Counted from the first letter of the stretch, positions 24,003-36,640 are shown. The stretch: 64,000 nt of DNA from Octopus sinensis (GCF_006345805.1 NC_043000.1:2356001-2420000), one strand, 5' to 3'. Made by a program: numbers and translations. Notes: a model not told the origin generated them from the letters alone.

Positions 24003-24426
24003 TGTTTGAAATTGGAATCAAATTCAATGACTGGCATCCGTGCTAGTGGAGCGCTAAGAGTACCATACGAGCATGATTATTGTCAGTGCAACAAGCTGGC
24101 CTCCGTACTTATGGCATGTAGAAAGCTTCATTCGAGCATGATCGTTACCAGCATCGCCTTACTGGCACTTGTGCTGGTGGCACATGAAAAGACATTTGAG
24201 CGAGGTCGTTGCCAGTGCCACTGGACTGGCTCCTGTGCAGGTGGCACATAAAAGCACCCACTACACTCTCGGAGTGGTTAGCGCTAGGAAGGGCATCCAG
24301 CTGTAGAAACTCTGCCAGATCAGACTGGTGTCTGATGCAGCCATCTGGTTTGCCAGTCCTCAGTCAAATCGTTCAACCCATGCTAGCATGGAAAGCGGAC
24401 GTTAGACGACGATGATGATGATGATG
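24003..24426 (+). mobile_element. RTE-1 3'UTR fragment with (GAT)n tail
   Basis: Same architecture as 35767-36377. Confidence 0.85.
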
Positions 24427-25401
24427 TTTGTAGAACACTCACCTTCACTACTGCTTAAGTCATCTTCGTGACAAAAGCTGTCAACTACTTATTGGGAAAT
24501 TTTCAAGAATATCAAAGAATTCACTCCGTGGAAACTCTTCTAACTACTCCCGTGTATCTGCTATACACTAAGTCCTTCTTCTCTATTTGTCCACTTGTGA
24601 TCCCACTGTATCTCTTCTGCACCCATAGTTTACATTGAGTACAAAGCATAAATTCTTACTTGGCTGTGTGGTAAGAAGTTTGCTTCTGAAGCACATGGCC
24701 TTAGGTTCAGTCCTATTGCATAACACCTTGGGCAAGTGTTTTCTCCTATAGCCCTAAGATGACCAAAGCTTAGTAAATGGATTTGGTTTATGGAAATTGA
24801 AAGCAGTCCATTATATGAACATGTGTGTGTCTGTCCCCTTGCCTTGACTTCATGTGATAGTTGTAAAAACCAGTGTCTTCACCATACAGGTCATGTCCTT
24901 CATTTCCAATGTTCCTTCTCCCTCTTCATTTCCAATCTTCACATCTCCCTTGCCATCCTCCAGGGTAAAACCTTTTCCATTTCGTCTGTTGAGACCATGA
25001 GGTGGACCGACAAGCCTTTTTAGATATTTCTCTGCAATGAGGAAGAGAAATTAAGCAAATACACAACTACACCCACGCATTATATGTGTATATATATAAT
25101 AATAATTATTAATGGATATCTTCAGTAAAATTATGTCTGGGGAAAATATTACCTTACAAAGAAACAGGTGAAGGCTGGTGACAGGAAGGACATACAAATG
25201 GAGAAAAATCCACCTCAACAAATTCCATCTAACTCATGCAAGCATAGAAAAGTAGAAGTTAAAACAACAATTATTATGATGATGACTTTTTTATGCATAT
25301 AGAGAATGGCTTTTTTTCCTTAATGACAGTAGAGTTTTAAGACTTTTGTTTTTGCTAGGTCTATTCTTAGGCCTCTGTCTTGGATATTTATAATTTTTCC
25401 T

Positions 25402-25543
25402 TTATTTGTCGACCGATTCAGCTACGAAAATTAGGTTGTTGACATAAAGGAGTTCCTCCAGGCAACAAGTCTTGAACTCTTCTGTTATGATCTGAAGAAC
25501 TATAATAAACAAGAGGAGGCTGAGAAATGAGTTGTGGTGGGTA
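25402..25543 (-). mobile_element. Decayed RTE RT fragment
   Basis: LSLLLFIIVLQIITEEFKTCCLEELLYVNNL aligns with LSPLLFIIVLQAITEEFKTGCPWELLYADDL of the LINE at 34.7-34.8 kb. Confidence 0.8.
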
Positions 25544-25549
25544 TCCATA

Positions 25550-25673
25550 TGCATATGCATACACTGCGACATGTGTGTGTATTTCTCTCTCTCTCTCTTT
25601 GTATAGAAGGACATATGCATGCACACACATATATAAATGCAACAGATAGTCACACAGTAATATACCTATACAG

Positions 25674-25714
<41 letters not shown>

Positions 25715-26138
25715 CAAATACAGGTATACACACAGAGACATGTCAGAATACACATATGTGTTTACATACACATATCTGTGGAAGCACACTGGTCCATGCA
25801 CACACACACACACACACACGATTCAAATAATTAGGTGCTAATTAATCTATAATTATCAGAAGTCTGTCTGTGCAGCTTGTTGATGAGAATATTTCTGATG
25901 TTGATGATGATGATGATGATGGTGGTGGTAGTGATGGTTCCAGTTGTGCAGTGGTGACATTGATATTGGCAGTGCTTCTTGTGATGGCGGCGGTGGTGGT
26001 GGTGGTGATAATGGTGAAGGTAACGGTGGTGGTTGTGGTGGTGGTGATGGTAGTCATAATCATAGTGTTATGATGGTTGCGGTGATAGTAGCAGGTGCGG
26101 TTGTAGCGATGCTAACAGTGGTAGTGGGAGAATCTTGA

Positions 26139-26170
<32 letters not shown>

Positions 26171-26320
26171 ACGATGGTGGCTGTGTTGGTGGTGGTGTTG
26201 ATATCAGAAGTGACAGTAGTGGTTGTGGCAACAATAAAATTTGTCTGTACTGTTCAATGTGGGTTAAAGACAATTGTGGAAGGTGGAGGAGGAGGAGGAG
26301 TTGTTAATGACAACAACTTT
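25550..26320. repeat. Compound di- and trinucleotide repeats
   Basis: (CT), (TA), (CA), then imperfect (GAT/GGT). Confidence 0.85.
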
Positions 26321-26839
26321 ATCAATATATGCATATCTGTGTGTATTTCTCACCTACATTTTTCTTATCTTCTTTGCCACCACTTTTGCAGTTGTCATTC
26401 CATTCTTGCATAAATTGGACGGGTTTTCTCCAATGCAGCATCTGCACCACTTGTTGCAGTTCTTTGTCATCTCTTCTATGATGTTCAACTTGAGATTACC
26501 TTTATGTCTTCTTCCAATATCTTCCTTGACTTTCCATAGAAAAGGTTGTTTTGGTCATCAATAACATTTCAATTTCTATCATCATCATCATTTAATGTCC
26601 ACTTTTCCATAGTTGCTTGGGTCAGATGGATTTCTTTGAGGCAAAGAGGCAAATCTTCTACATCTGGATTCTCTTTCTGTCACCAACATTCACTTGTTTC
26701 CAAGCAAAGTAATATATTCCAATAGTTAAATACATTTTTCATGAGAGACTAGGAACAAGCAATCTTGTTTATATGATGATGATGTTCACTTACTACATTC
26801 GCATGATTGCTTAACAAGGATACACACACTAAGAGATTT

Positions 26840-27400
26840 ATATCATCATCATCACCATCATCATCGTCACTACCACCACCACCACCACCATCATCATCAT
26901 CATCGTTTAACATCCGCTTTCCATGCTAGCATGGGTTGGACGATTTGACTGAGGACTGGCGAACCAGATGGCTGCACCAAGCTCCAATCTCAATCTGGCA
27001 GAGTTTCTACAGCTTGATGCCCTTCCTAATATCAACCACTCTGAGAGTGTAGTGGGTGCTTTTACCGGCATGAGGGCCAGTCAGGTGGTACTCGCAGCGG
27101 CCATGCTCAGATGGTGTTTTTTATGTGCCACCTGCACAGGAGCCAGTCCAGTGGCACTGGCAACGACCTCACTCAAATGTATTTTCACGTGCCAGTAAGA
27201 TGACGCTGGTAACAATCATGCTCGAATGGTGCTTTTTACATGCCACCGGCACAGAAGCCAGTTAGCTGCTCTGGCAACGATCACGCTTGGATGGTGCTCT
27301 TAGCACTCCACTGGCACGGATGCCAATCATTGAATTTGATTTCGATTTCACTTGCCTCAATAGGTCTTTGCAAGCAGAGTTTAATGTCCAATGAAAGAAA
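26840..27400 (-). mobile_element. RTE-1 3'UTR fragment
   Basis: (ATC/ACC)n tail, then the reverse complement of the 3'UTR with multiple hairpin sub-units. Confidence 0.85.
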
Positions 27401-27735
27401 GGTATGCATAAGTGGGCATACACACACACATGTACATACATAAATGCAACTGGTTTCCCATTGTTTTTGTCTACCAAATCCATGCACAATGACTTGGTCA
27501 GCCCAGGGGTATATTAGAAAACACTTAAGGTGCCATGCAGAGCGACTGAACTCCAGACCACATGGTTGAAAAGCAAGCTTCTTAACCACACAGTCACTTC
27601 TGTACCTTTCTCTTAATCTTTAATAAATAAATAAATAAAAAGTGACTAAATTTTATTTCTCAACGAAATAGGTGGTGTTTTACAGATCTGTTTAATCTAT
27701 GTTTAGTGAAAAAAAAAAACTATTGTTTTGACATA

Positions 27736-28134
27736 GCAGGAGTGGCTGTGTTGTAAGTAGCTTGCTTACCAACCACATGGTTCCGGGTTTAGTCCCACTT
27801 CGTGGCACCTTGGGCAAGTGTCTTTTACTATGGCCTCAGGCCGACCAAAGCCTTGTGAATAGATTTGGTAGACAGAAACTGAAAGAAGCCTGTCGTATAT
27901 GTGTATATATGTGTGTGTTTGTTTGTGTGTGTGTATGTTTGTGCATCTGTGTTTGTCCCCATCAACATCGCTTGACAACCGATGCTGGTGTGTTTACGCT
28001 GCTGTAACTTACCGGTTTGGCAAAAGAGACCGATAGAATAAGTACTAGGCTTACAAAGAATAAGTCCTGGGGTCGATTTGCTCCAACATGGCCACAGTCA
28101 AATGACTGAAACAAGTAAAAGAGTAAAAGAGTAA
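27736..28134 (+). mobile_element. SINE-A, full length, flanked by ~72-bp direct repeats
   Basis: Complete head to (GTAAAAGA)n tail. Flanks 27666-27738 and 28137-28207 are duplicated. Confidence 0.9.
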
Positions 28135-28609
28135 CTAAATAGGTGGTGTTTTACTGATCTGTCCAATCTATGTTTAATGAAAAAAAATCTATTGTTTTGA
28201 CATAGCATTGGGCAAGATGCCCTTATATTTTATCACATCCCTTTCCATTCTGGCTCTTATTCTATATTACATCTTTATAATGGTAATACAATAACTACTG
28301 GTAAAGTACTGTTAGTGGGGGATGATTGAATCAGCCACAGCCTCCCTCAAAATGCCTTGTTTTGCGACTATTTTAGAAGTTATTATTATTAATTCTATAA
28401 AGTTTGGGGTCACTACTTCTCTTGTAACTAAATAAAAAGTTATATTTAACCTATTCAAAATATTTTCATAAGTTTGCCCTAAATGTCCATGCTTGTTTTC
28501 AGACTTTTAATTTGCCTTTGTTTCTTATATTCTAAATAATGTAAAGCTTTCCTTTCATAAGTCTCAATTTACTCTGGAGGTTGAAAAAAAATTGAGAATG
28601 TGTATCATA

Positions 28610-29000
28610 CTAGCAGTATCGCCCGGCGTTGCTCGGGTTTGTAAGGGAAATAACTATATAAGCATTTTTAGAGATGTAAAGTATAATAGCCATCTCAGTA
28701 TGGCTAACCACAAAGGGGGGGGGTGTTACTGTAGCTTTTTACGTTCTGAGATTTAATAATAAATTTTTAGAGAGTTACTTCCCTTATATATGCCAAAAAT
28801 GCATTAAAAATGGGAAAAATTTATGGTAAATTTTTTAAAAATTGTAGACTCACCGTAGACACGCGCTAATACCCAGAAGGGCTCGATATGAATCACGACT
28901 ATAAGATACCCGGTTTTGGTTAAACTGCACCGCAAAATGTGGGAGTAGTTAGGAATCTAAATCGTAGGAGACAGACAGACACACAACCTTACTTTTATAT
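28610..29000 (-). mobile_element. Non-autonomous Helitron
   Basis: Minus-strand 3' end CCCGAGCAACGCCGGG hairpin, then CGATACTG and CTAG|T. The 5' end is eroded. Confidence 0.75.
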
Positions 29001-29492
29001 TTTATTTATTTATTTTATTTTATCTAGTTTCAGCTCACGAGCTGTGGCCATGCTGGGGCGCCAGGGAAATATGCATGGATGTTTTGTGTATCATTTGTGA
29101 TACACAGGACAAGCAAAAGGTTAAGGTTGCAGATGACAGGAGTGATATAGGGTACCAAAAACAGGATATTTTGCAATAATTAGTCGCTTGTAATGTGACG
29201 AGCTGGCAAAATCATTAACATGCTGGGCAAAATGCTTAGTAGCATTTCATCCACCTTTATGTACTGAGTTCAAATTCTGCTGAAATTAACTCTACCTTTC
29301 TTCCTTTCAGGGTCAGTAAAATAAAAACCAGTTGAGTGCTTACATCAATGTAATTTGGCTTGCCCTTACCATGACATTGCTAGTCTTGTGCCTAAATTTG
29401 AAACCAGTATTTAGTTGCTTGTGTTTATTTTCTGAGTTTGATTCCTGTTGAGGTCTACTTTGCCTTTCATCCCGTCATGGTCAGTATAATTA

Positions 29493-29758
29493 AAATAAAT
29501 AAAAAATAAATGCACCCTTTTAAAGCCTAGCCAGGCTCATGGGCCCGGTTTTCTGGTTTCAATGGCGTATATGTTCCCCAGCTGCATGGGACGCCAGTCC
29601 ATCGCAGCGTTACTCATTTTTGCCAGCTGAGTGGACTGGAGCAACATGAAATGAAGTGTTTTGCTCAAGAACACAACGCATCGCCCGGTCCAGGAATTGA
29701 AACCACAATCTTACAATCATGAGTCCAACACCCTAACCACTAAGCCACACGCCTCCAC
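29493..29758 (-). mobile_element. tRNA-derived SINE-D
   Basis: A-box TGGCTTAGTGG, GTGTTCTTGAGCAAAACAC core, A-rich tail. 14-bp TSD GGTCAGTATAATTA (29479-29492, 29759-29772). Sits inside a B' copy. Confidence 0.85.
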
Positions 29759-29974
29759 GGTCAGTATAATTAGTACCAGATTATATATATTGTGGTTGAT
29801 ATTATAGTCATTGGTGAGTTAGCAGGATTGTTGGAACATCAAACAAAATGCCTGTGGTACTTAGTTAAGTATCTTTATGTACTGAGTTCAAATCCTGCCA
29901 AGATCATTTACCTTTCAGCCTTCAAGGGTTGTTGAAATAAAATACCAATTATTTACTGGGAGCCCACTTATGCA

Positions 29975-30426
29975 TACCTTTCCTTCATTGGACACTAAAC
30001 TTTGCTTGTGAAGACCTGTTGAGGCAAGTGAAATCAGAATCAAATTCAATGACTGGTATCCGTGCTAGTGGAGCGTTAAAAGCACCATCTGAGTGTGATC
30101 ATTGCCAGAGTGGCTAACTGGCTTCTGTGCTGGTAGCATGTAAAAAGCACCATTCGAGCGTGATCGTTACCAGCGTTGCCTTACTGACACTTGAAAAAAC
30201 ACCATTTGAGCATGGCCATTGCCAGTACCTCCTGACTGGCCCTTGTGCTGGTGGCACATAAAAGCACCCACTACACTCTCGGAGTGGTTGGCATTAGGAA
30301 GGGCATCCAACTGTAGAAACTCTGCCAGATCAGATTGGAGCTTGGTGTAGCCATTTGGTTCGCCAGTCCTCAGTCAAATTGTCCAACCCATGCTAGCATG
30401 GAAAGCAGACATTAAACGATGATGAT
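29975..30426 (+). mobile_element. RTE-1 3'UTR fragment with (GAT)n tail
   Basis: Same architecture as 35767-36377. Confidence 0.85.
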
Positions 30427-30541
30427 GTTGATTTGTATCTGTATAATGCATTCTAGATATGAATGAAATTATAATAGAAAAGGCTGTAAATTTGGGTCCT
30501 TGTGCTGAAAAGTTAGAAATCATCGTCATTATTATTAATTA

Positions 30542-30753
30542 CGGTGGTGAGCTGGCAGAATTGTTAGCACAGCAGACAAAATATTTAGTGGCATTTTGTA
30601 TGTCTTTACATTCTAAGTTCAAATTCCGCCGAGAATTACTTAACCTTTCATCCTTTTGGGGTTGATAAAATAAATACTAGTTGAGCACTAGGGTTGATTT
30701 AATCGATTTAAGCCCTCCCCATAAACTGCTGGCCTTGTGTCAAAATTTGAAAC

Positions 30754-30816
<63 letters not shown>

Positions 30817-30970
30817 CCTTTGCCTTTCATCCTTTCAGGGTCAATAAAATAAGCACAAGTTGAAGTGCTGGGGTCGATGTAATTGGCTTAACCTTCCTTC
30901 CCCAAATTGCTTGCTTTGTGTCAAAATTTGAAATCATTATTGTCATCATCATCATCATCATCAACATCAA
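30542..30970 (+). mobile_element. Two stacked SINE-B' copies separated by (ATT)n
   Basis: Full copy, perfect (ATT)n at 30754-30816, then a headless copy ending in (ATC)n. Confidence 0.75.
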
Positions 30971-32562
30971 TAACACTCATGGGATTTTGCTGACTGAATT
31001 ACTAGATTCTTGAAAGTTAAATATGAAACTGCCAAATTTGATCATACACTTAAATCATGTCTTCATGAACCAAAGCTAACTACATCTTCTCACCTTGACA
31101 ACAAGCAGAGGTCATGGATGGAAAAAAAAAATTTTCTTAGATGTCACCATCGTTAACCAGAACTTTTTGAAGTTCCAATTAGCCTTCTATTATGTTAAGC
31201 CGAAAAGAAAAACAAGATTTCCATCTGTAAAAGAAGCAAAGAGATAAAATGTACAACATTTGTGAAGCGATGATTATAATGAACAGAAATAGAAATAATT
31301 TCAGAAGATGTTTCGTAATTCACTTTCTCAGTGAAATTCGGGATTCTGAGCTGTTACATATTTTTACTAATCTTACTTTTAGCCAACATTAAAATAAATC
31401 TGAAGAAATCTTATTTGCAGCTGTTAAAAATAGCTCTTTATGTATTCACTGCAGGTTTTTATGCAAGGGCTGCAACTGGCACAGATCAACACAGCTAATT
31501 GGTAACCTATAGAAATCGTAGAACATTGCAGCATTGCAGGCGTAATGTGGTTTCTTATATCAAACAGTGATTACAGAAAAAGGAAGTGTGGGTAAAATAT
31601 ATTTGAAATATAAACCAAAAGGGGAATAAAAAAAAAACCTTCAAATAAATCTGAACTCTGAAAGATCATTTGCTATGTTAGTGATATCTACTGGTGATTT
31701 ATGCATTAAATGTGGTAACACCTGAGGTGAATATTCAAGTAAGGAGGCCATCTTATGCTGAAGTAATACTTATTATTAAAGTGGGATTCTGCAAAGATGC
31801 TGCATATTTCATATGAGTAATTCAGCAGTGAATAATTCCCATAGCAATTCATTGCACCCAACACATCATAATTCTTACGACTCCTTGTAGCTCCCAGTGA
31901 AAATATTCAAATATAACCTGTGTTTTTTACTGGAATACACATTTTTCCCAGCAAGTTTTACTTTTAACAGTAGTGATTACTTTCTAACATAACCTATAGT
32001 TTTCACAGCAGTATATAGTTACCTCAATAAGTTATTGCAAACTTTCATTCCCACAATAATATGTAATAAATAATAGAAAATAATAGAAAACCTTATGGTC
32101 CTTTTAAAGGTGCATGGCTTAGTGGTTAGGGTGTTGTACTCCTAATCACCAGATCATGGGTTCAGTTTCTGGACCAGGCAGCATGCTGTGTTCTTGAGCA
32201 AAACATTTCAACATTATTCTAGTGCTATTTGGGGACCAGCATGTCAGAGAATAAACCCAAGATTTCCTCTGTATGTCATTAAGCGCAACTAAAAGAGGTT
32301 GAGCTGGGATTTGCACTCTGACCTCATAAAACCCTCACCAGCAACGATGACCCATAACAGACCCATGTGTTGGAGAGATGCCACCTGAGTGGGACAAAGG
32401 TTTCGTCTGCCAGGAGTAGTAGGGAATCACCAACAAATGGTGAATGTAGTAATGTGCTATCACAGTGCATGTCCCCATACAATTTATAGGCCTTTCAGTA
32501 ACTTCTAGCAATCATTACTTCTCACTTATAATTTCTTCTGAAACATATGTAGCCAATTTGGC

Positions 32563-35500
32563 GCAGGAGTGGCTGTGCGGTAAGTAGCTTGCTTACCAAC
32601 CACATGGTTCCGGGTTCAGTCCCACTGCATGGCATCTTGGGCAAGTGTCTTCTGCTATAGCCCCGGGCCAACCAATGCCTTGTGAGTGGATTTGGTAGAC
32701 GGAAACTGAAAGAACCTGTCGTATATATGTCATGCCTCCCACACCCTCAGGGTTGGCACCCTCAACGTTGGCACTCTGAAAGGTAGGTCTGGTGAGATAG
32801 TCGAGATGCTTGAACGGAGATGTGTGGATATATGTTGCATGCAAGAAATAAGGTGGAGAGGAGGATCAGCTAGGTTCCTCACAGGCAAGGAACGCAGGTA
32901 CAAGATTTTCTGGGCAGGGAACACTGACGGGGTTGGTGGCGTGGGTATACTTATTGCTGAGAAATGGGTAGATAAAGTAATTGAGGTAATCAGAGTATGT
33001 GACAGAATACTTAAGATTAGATTAGTGCTTCATCATAGTTTAGCAACCATTATATCAGCCTATGCTCCTCAGTCGGGGCTACCCGATGGACAGAAAGACC
33101 GATTCTATGACACTCTACTGCAGACTACCTCGTTGACGAACGACAGAGACCTATCTTTGTGGCTGGTGACTTCAATGGTCACGTTGGACGACATGCTGGG
33201 GGCTTCCATGGCGTACATGGAGGCTATGGCTATGGCTCCCGCAACGAGGAGGGAACCAGGCTGCTGGAGTTCTGCGATGCAAATAATCTTATGATTTGCA
33301 ACACTAACTTCAGGAAACTACCAGCCACCTAGTCACTTACCAATCGGGCCAACATACCAGCCAAATTGACTACATCCTTACAAGGCAAAGGGAGAGATGG
33401 CTGCTTATAAATGCCAAAACCTTCCCAGGTGAAGAATGTACCCCACAACATAGACTGGTAGTTAGTGACTTTAGGATCAGGACTAGGAGGACAACCAGAA
33501 GACGACAATATGGAGAAGAAGGATCTGGAAGCTTAAGATCCTGCAAATGGACAGAGATTTAGGGACATATTACTTGAAGCCTCTGACGAAGTAGAAGGGG
33601 ATAGAGCATCACAGGGGGTAGAAGACAGCTGGACGTTTCTAAGGGACAACCTGCTGAGAGCCACTGACCAGATCTGTGGCTGGTGCAAAGTCCCCTCTCG
33701 ACCTAGAATAACGTGGTGGTGGAACAATATTGTAGACAGGGCTATTAGAGAAAAGAGACAGGCTTGGAAGGTCTGGAAAAATGGGGGTAGCAGGGGATTG
33801 TATCAGACTGCCAAAAGAGAAGCTAGGAGACAGGTTTATTTAGCCAGAGGGGAAGCAGATAAGAAAAAATTTGCCAATGTTCTGCGCCGTGAGGACCAAA
33901 GACTGGAGGTGTTTCGTGTTGCAAGACAGTGTGTGAGAGAGAATCGTGATGTGGTAGGAGAGAAGTGTGTTCGCATGGAAGATGGTTCACTTGCGCTAAA
34001 TGAGGATGCAAAGAGAGAGGTTTGGAGATGCCACTATGAAAGGTTGCTGAATGAAGAAAATGAATGGGATAAAGAGAGTCTGCCGAATGTTGACCCAACA
34101 GAGGGACCAGCTAGTTGATAGTTCCGTGGTAGCTAAGGCAATTAGAAGCATGAAGACAGGGAAAGCCCCAGGCCCATCAGGAATCACTGCAGAGATGCTC
34201 AAAATGTCTGGTAGTGTCGGCTATAGCCTAGTCACCCGTATAGTTAATCAGGTGATACACAAAGGGGTCATACCCAATGACTGGTGTAGCAGTATAATAG
34301 TCAACTGCTACAAAGGTAAAGGTGATGCCCTAGATACAAATAACTACAGAGGTATCAAGCTGTTGGACCAGGTGATGAAGGTTACGGAGAGGGTCATAGC
34401 CCAACTAATTAGAGAGAGAGTTAGTTTAGATGAGATGCAGTTTGGGTTTGTGCCAGGGAAAAGTACTACTGATGCTATATTCCTGGTAAGGCAGCTGCAG
34501 GAGAAATACCTAGCCAAAGATAAGCCCCTGTACCTGGCTTTTGTTGACATGGAGAAAGCCTTCGACAGGGTCCCCCGATCCCTTATCTGGTGGCAATGAG
34601 GAAACTAGGGATAGATGAATGGTTAGTGAGAGCTGTGCGGGCCATGTACAGGGACGCCGCTAGTAGGGTGAGGGTTGGAAATGTGTACAGTGAAGAATTC
34701 CGGGTAGAGGTAGGAGTCCACCAAGGCTCAGTACTCAGCCCCCTCCTATTTATCATAGTCCTCCAGGCAATAACGGAGGAATTCAAGACAGGATGCCTTG
34801 GGAGCTCCTCTATGCTGATGACCTTGCTCTAATTGCTGAGTCGCTATCAGAACTGGAGGAGAAGTTTCAGGTGTGGAAACAAGGATTAGAATCGAAGGGC
34901 CTCAGAGTCAATCTAGCTAAAACCAAAGTCGTAATCAGTAGGAAGGTAGACAAATCACAAACACTTCAGGTAGATGGCCCTGCTCGATCTGTAGAAAAGG
35001 TGTAGGTAGAAACTCTATAAGATGCACCAAGTGTAAGCTATGGACACATAAGAGATGCAGCAATGTCAAAGGAAGGCTAACTAGGAAGATGGTTTTTGTA
35101 TGTGGCAGATGCTCAGGAACAATAAACACTGAAAATGCTCTGAGACCAACTTCCGTCACTTTCCAGGGAGAAAAACTAGAAATAGTTGATAGTTTCCGTT
35201 ACCTAGGTGACCAAGTCAGCAGCGGGGGCGGGTGTGCTGAAAGTGTAACTGCTAGAGTAAGAATAGCTTGGGCAAAGTTCAGAGAGCTCTTACCTCTGCT
35301 GGTGACAAAAGGCCTCTCGCACAGAGTGAAAGGCAGACTGTATGATGCGTGTGTACGAACAGCCATGCTACATGGCAGTGAAACATGGGCCGTGACTGCT
35401 GAGGATATGCGTAAGCTCGCTAGAAATGAAGCCAGTATGCTCCGATGGATGTGTAATGCCGGTACTCACACTCGGCAGAGTGTAAGTACCTTGAGAGAAA

Positions 35501-36376
35501 AGCTGGACCTAAGAAGCATCAGTTGTGGTGTGCAAGAGAGACGTTTGTGCTGGTATGGTCATGTGGCGAGAATGGATGAAGATAGTTGTGTGAAAAAGTG
35601 CCACACCCTAGCGGTTGAGGGAACCTGTGGAAGAGGCAGACCCAGGAAAACCTGGGACGAGGTGGTGAAGCACGACCTTCGAACTTTAGGTCTCACTGAG
35701 GAAATGACTAGAGACCGAGACCTCTGGAAGTGTGCTGTGCGCGAGAAGACCCGGCAGGACAAGTGAGTCCATAACCCGTGGCCTTCTACATGGGATGGAG
35801 CCAGCCTACGTATGCATACCTTCCCTTCTTGGGACACAAAACTCTACTTGTGAAGACGTGATGAGGCAAGTGAGGATCAGAATCGAAATCGATCAATGGA
35901 AATTGCGGATGTGCTACCAGTGCCGGTGGCATGTCAAAACTCTGCTTGTGAAGACCCGCTGAGGCAAGTGACGATCAGAATCGAAATCGATCAATGGAAA
36001 TCGATCAATGGAAATTGCAGATGTGTTACCAGTGCCGGTGGCATGTAAGAGAACTTTCCGTTTCGCGACCGTTGCCAGCACCGCCCCGTTTCGTGTCCGT
36101 TGCCAGCCTCGCCTGGCCCTCGTGCCGGTGGCACATAAAAAGCACCATCCGTTCGTGGCCGTTTGCCAGCTCTGTCTGGCACCAGTGCGGGTGGCACGTA
36201 AAAAGCACCCACTACACTCACGGAGTGGTTGGCGTTAGGAAGGGCATCCAGCCGTAGAAACACTGCCAGATTTGACTGGGCCTGATGAAGCCTTCTGGCT
36301 TCACAGACCCCAGTTGAACCCTCCAACCCATGCTAGCATGGAAAGCGGACGCTAAACGATGATGATGATGATGATG

Positions 36377-36420
<44 letters not shown>

Positions 36421-36640
36421 ATATGTTTGTGTGTCTGTGTTTGTCCCCCTAGCAATGCTTGATAACCGATGCTGGTGTGTTTACGTCCCCGTAACTTAGC
36501 GGTTCGACAAAAGAGACCGATAGAATAAGTACTGGGCTTACAAAGAATAATTCCCGGGGTTGATTTGCTCGACTAAAGGCGCTGCTCCAGCATGGCCGCA
36601 GTCAAATGACTGAAACAAGTAAAAGGTAAAGAGTAAAGAG
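32563..36640 (+). mobile_element. SINE-A split by the RTE LINE
   Basis: 5' half 32563-32730 ends in TATATATGT. The 3' half resumes at 36378 with (TA)(TG) and ends in the GTAAAGAG tail. Confidence 0.85.
32731..36377 (+). mobile_element. Near-complete RTE-clade LINE (APE endonuclease + RT), frameshifted, with ~610-bp 3'UTR and (GAT)n tail
   Basis: APE motifs (VGTLNVGTL, CMQEIRW, SAYAPQ, GDFN) and RT motifs (GKAPGPSG, NYRGIKLL, QFGFVPGKSTTDAIF, FVDMEKAFDRV, HQGSVLSP, YADD). Cys-rich segment before VFVCGRC; ORF ends TRQDK* at 35766. About 7 or more frameshifts. Confidence 0.95.

Noticed and set aside
35900-36210. Hairpin repeat plus variable spacer pattern resembling a CRISPR array
   Set aside because: It is the 3'UTR of a eukaryotic LINE. 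Repeats are degenerate, spacers are related to one another, and there are no cas genes.
36275-36314. CTGATGA followed by a hairpin, a possible hammerhead
   Set aside because: No GAAA or stem III follows. It folds as one imperfect stem-loop near the LINE 3' end, and the copy at ~46945 has CTGACGA.
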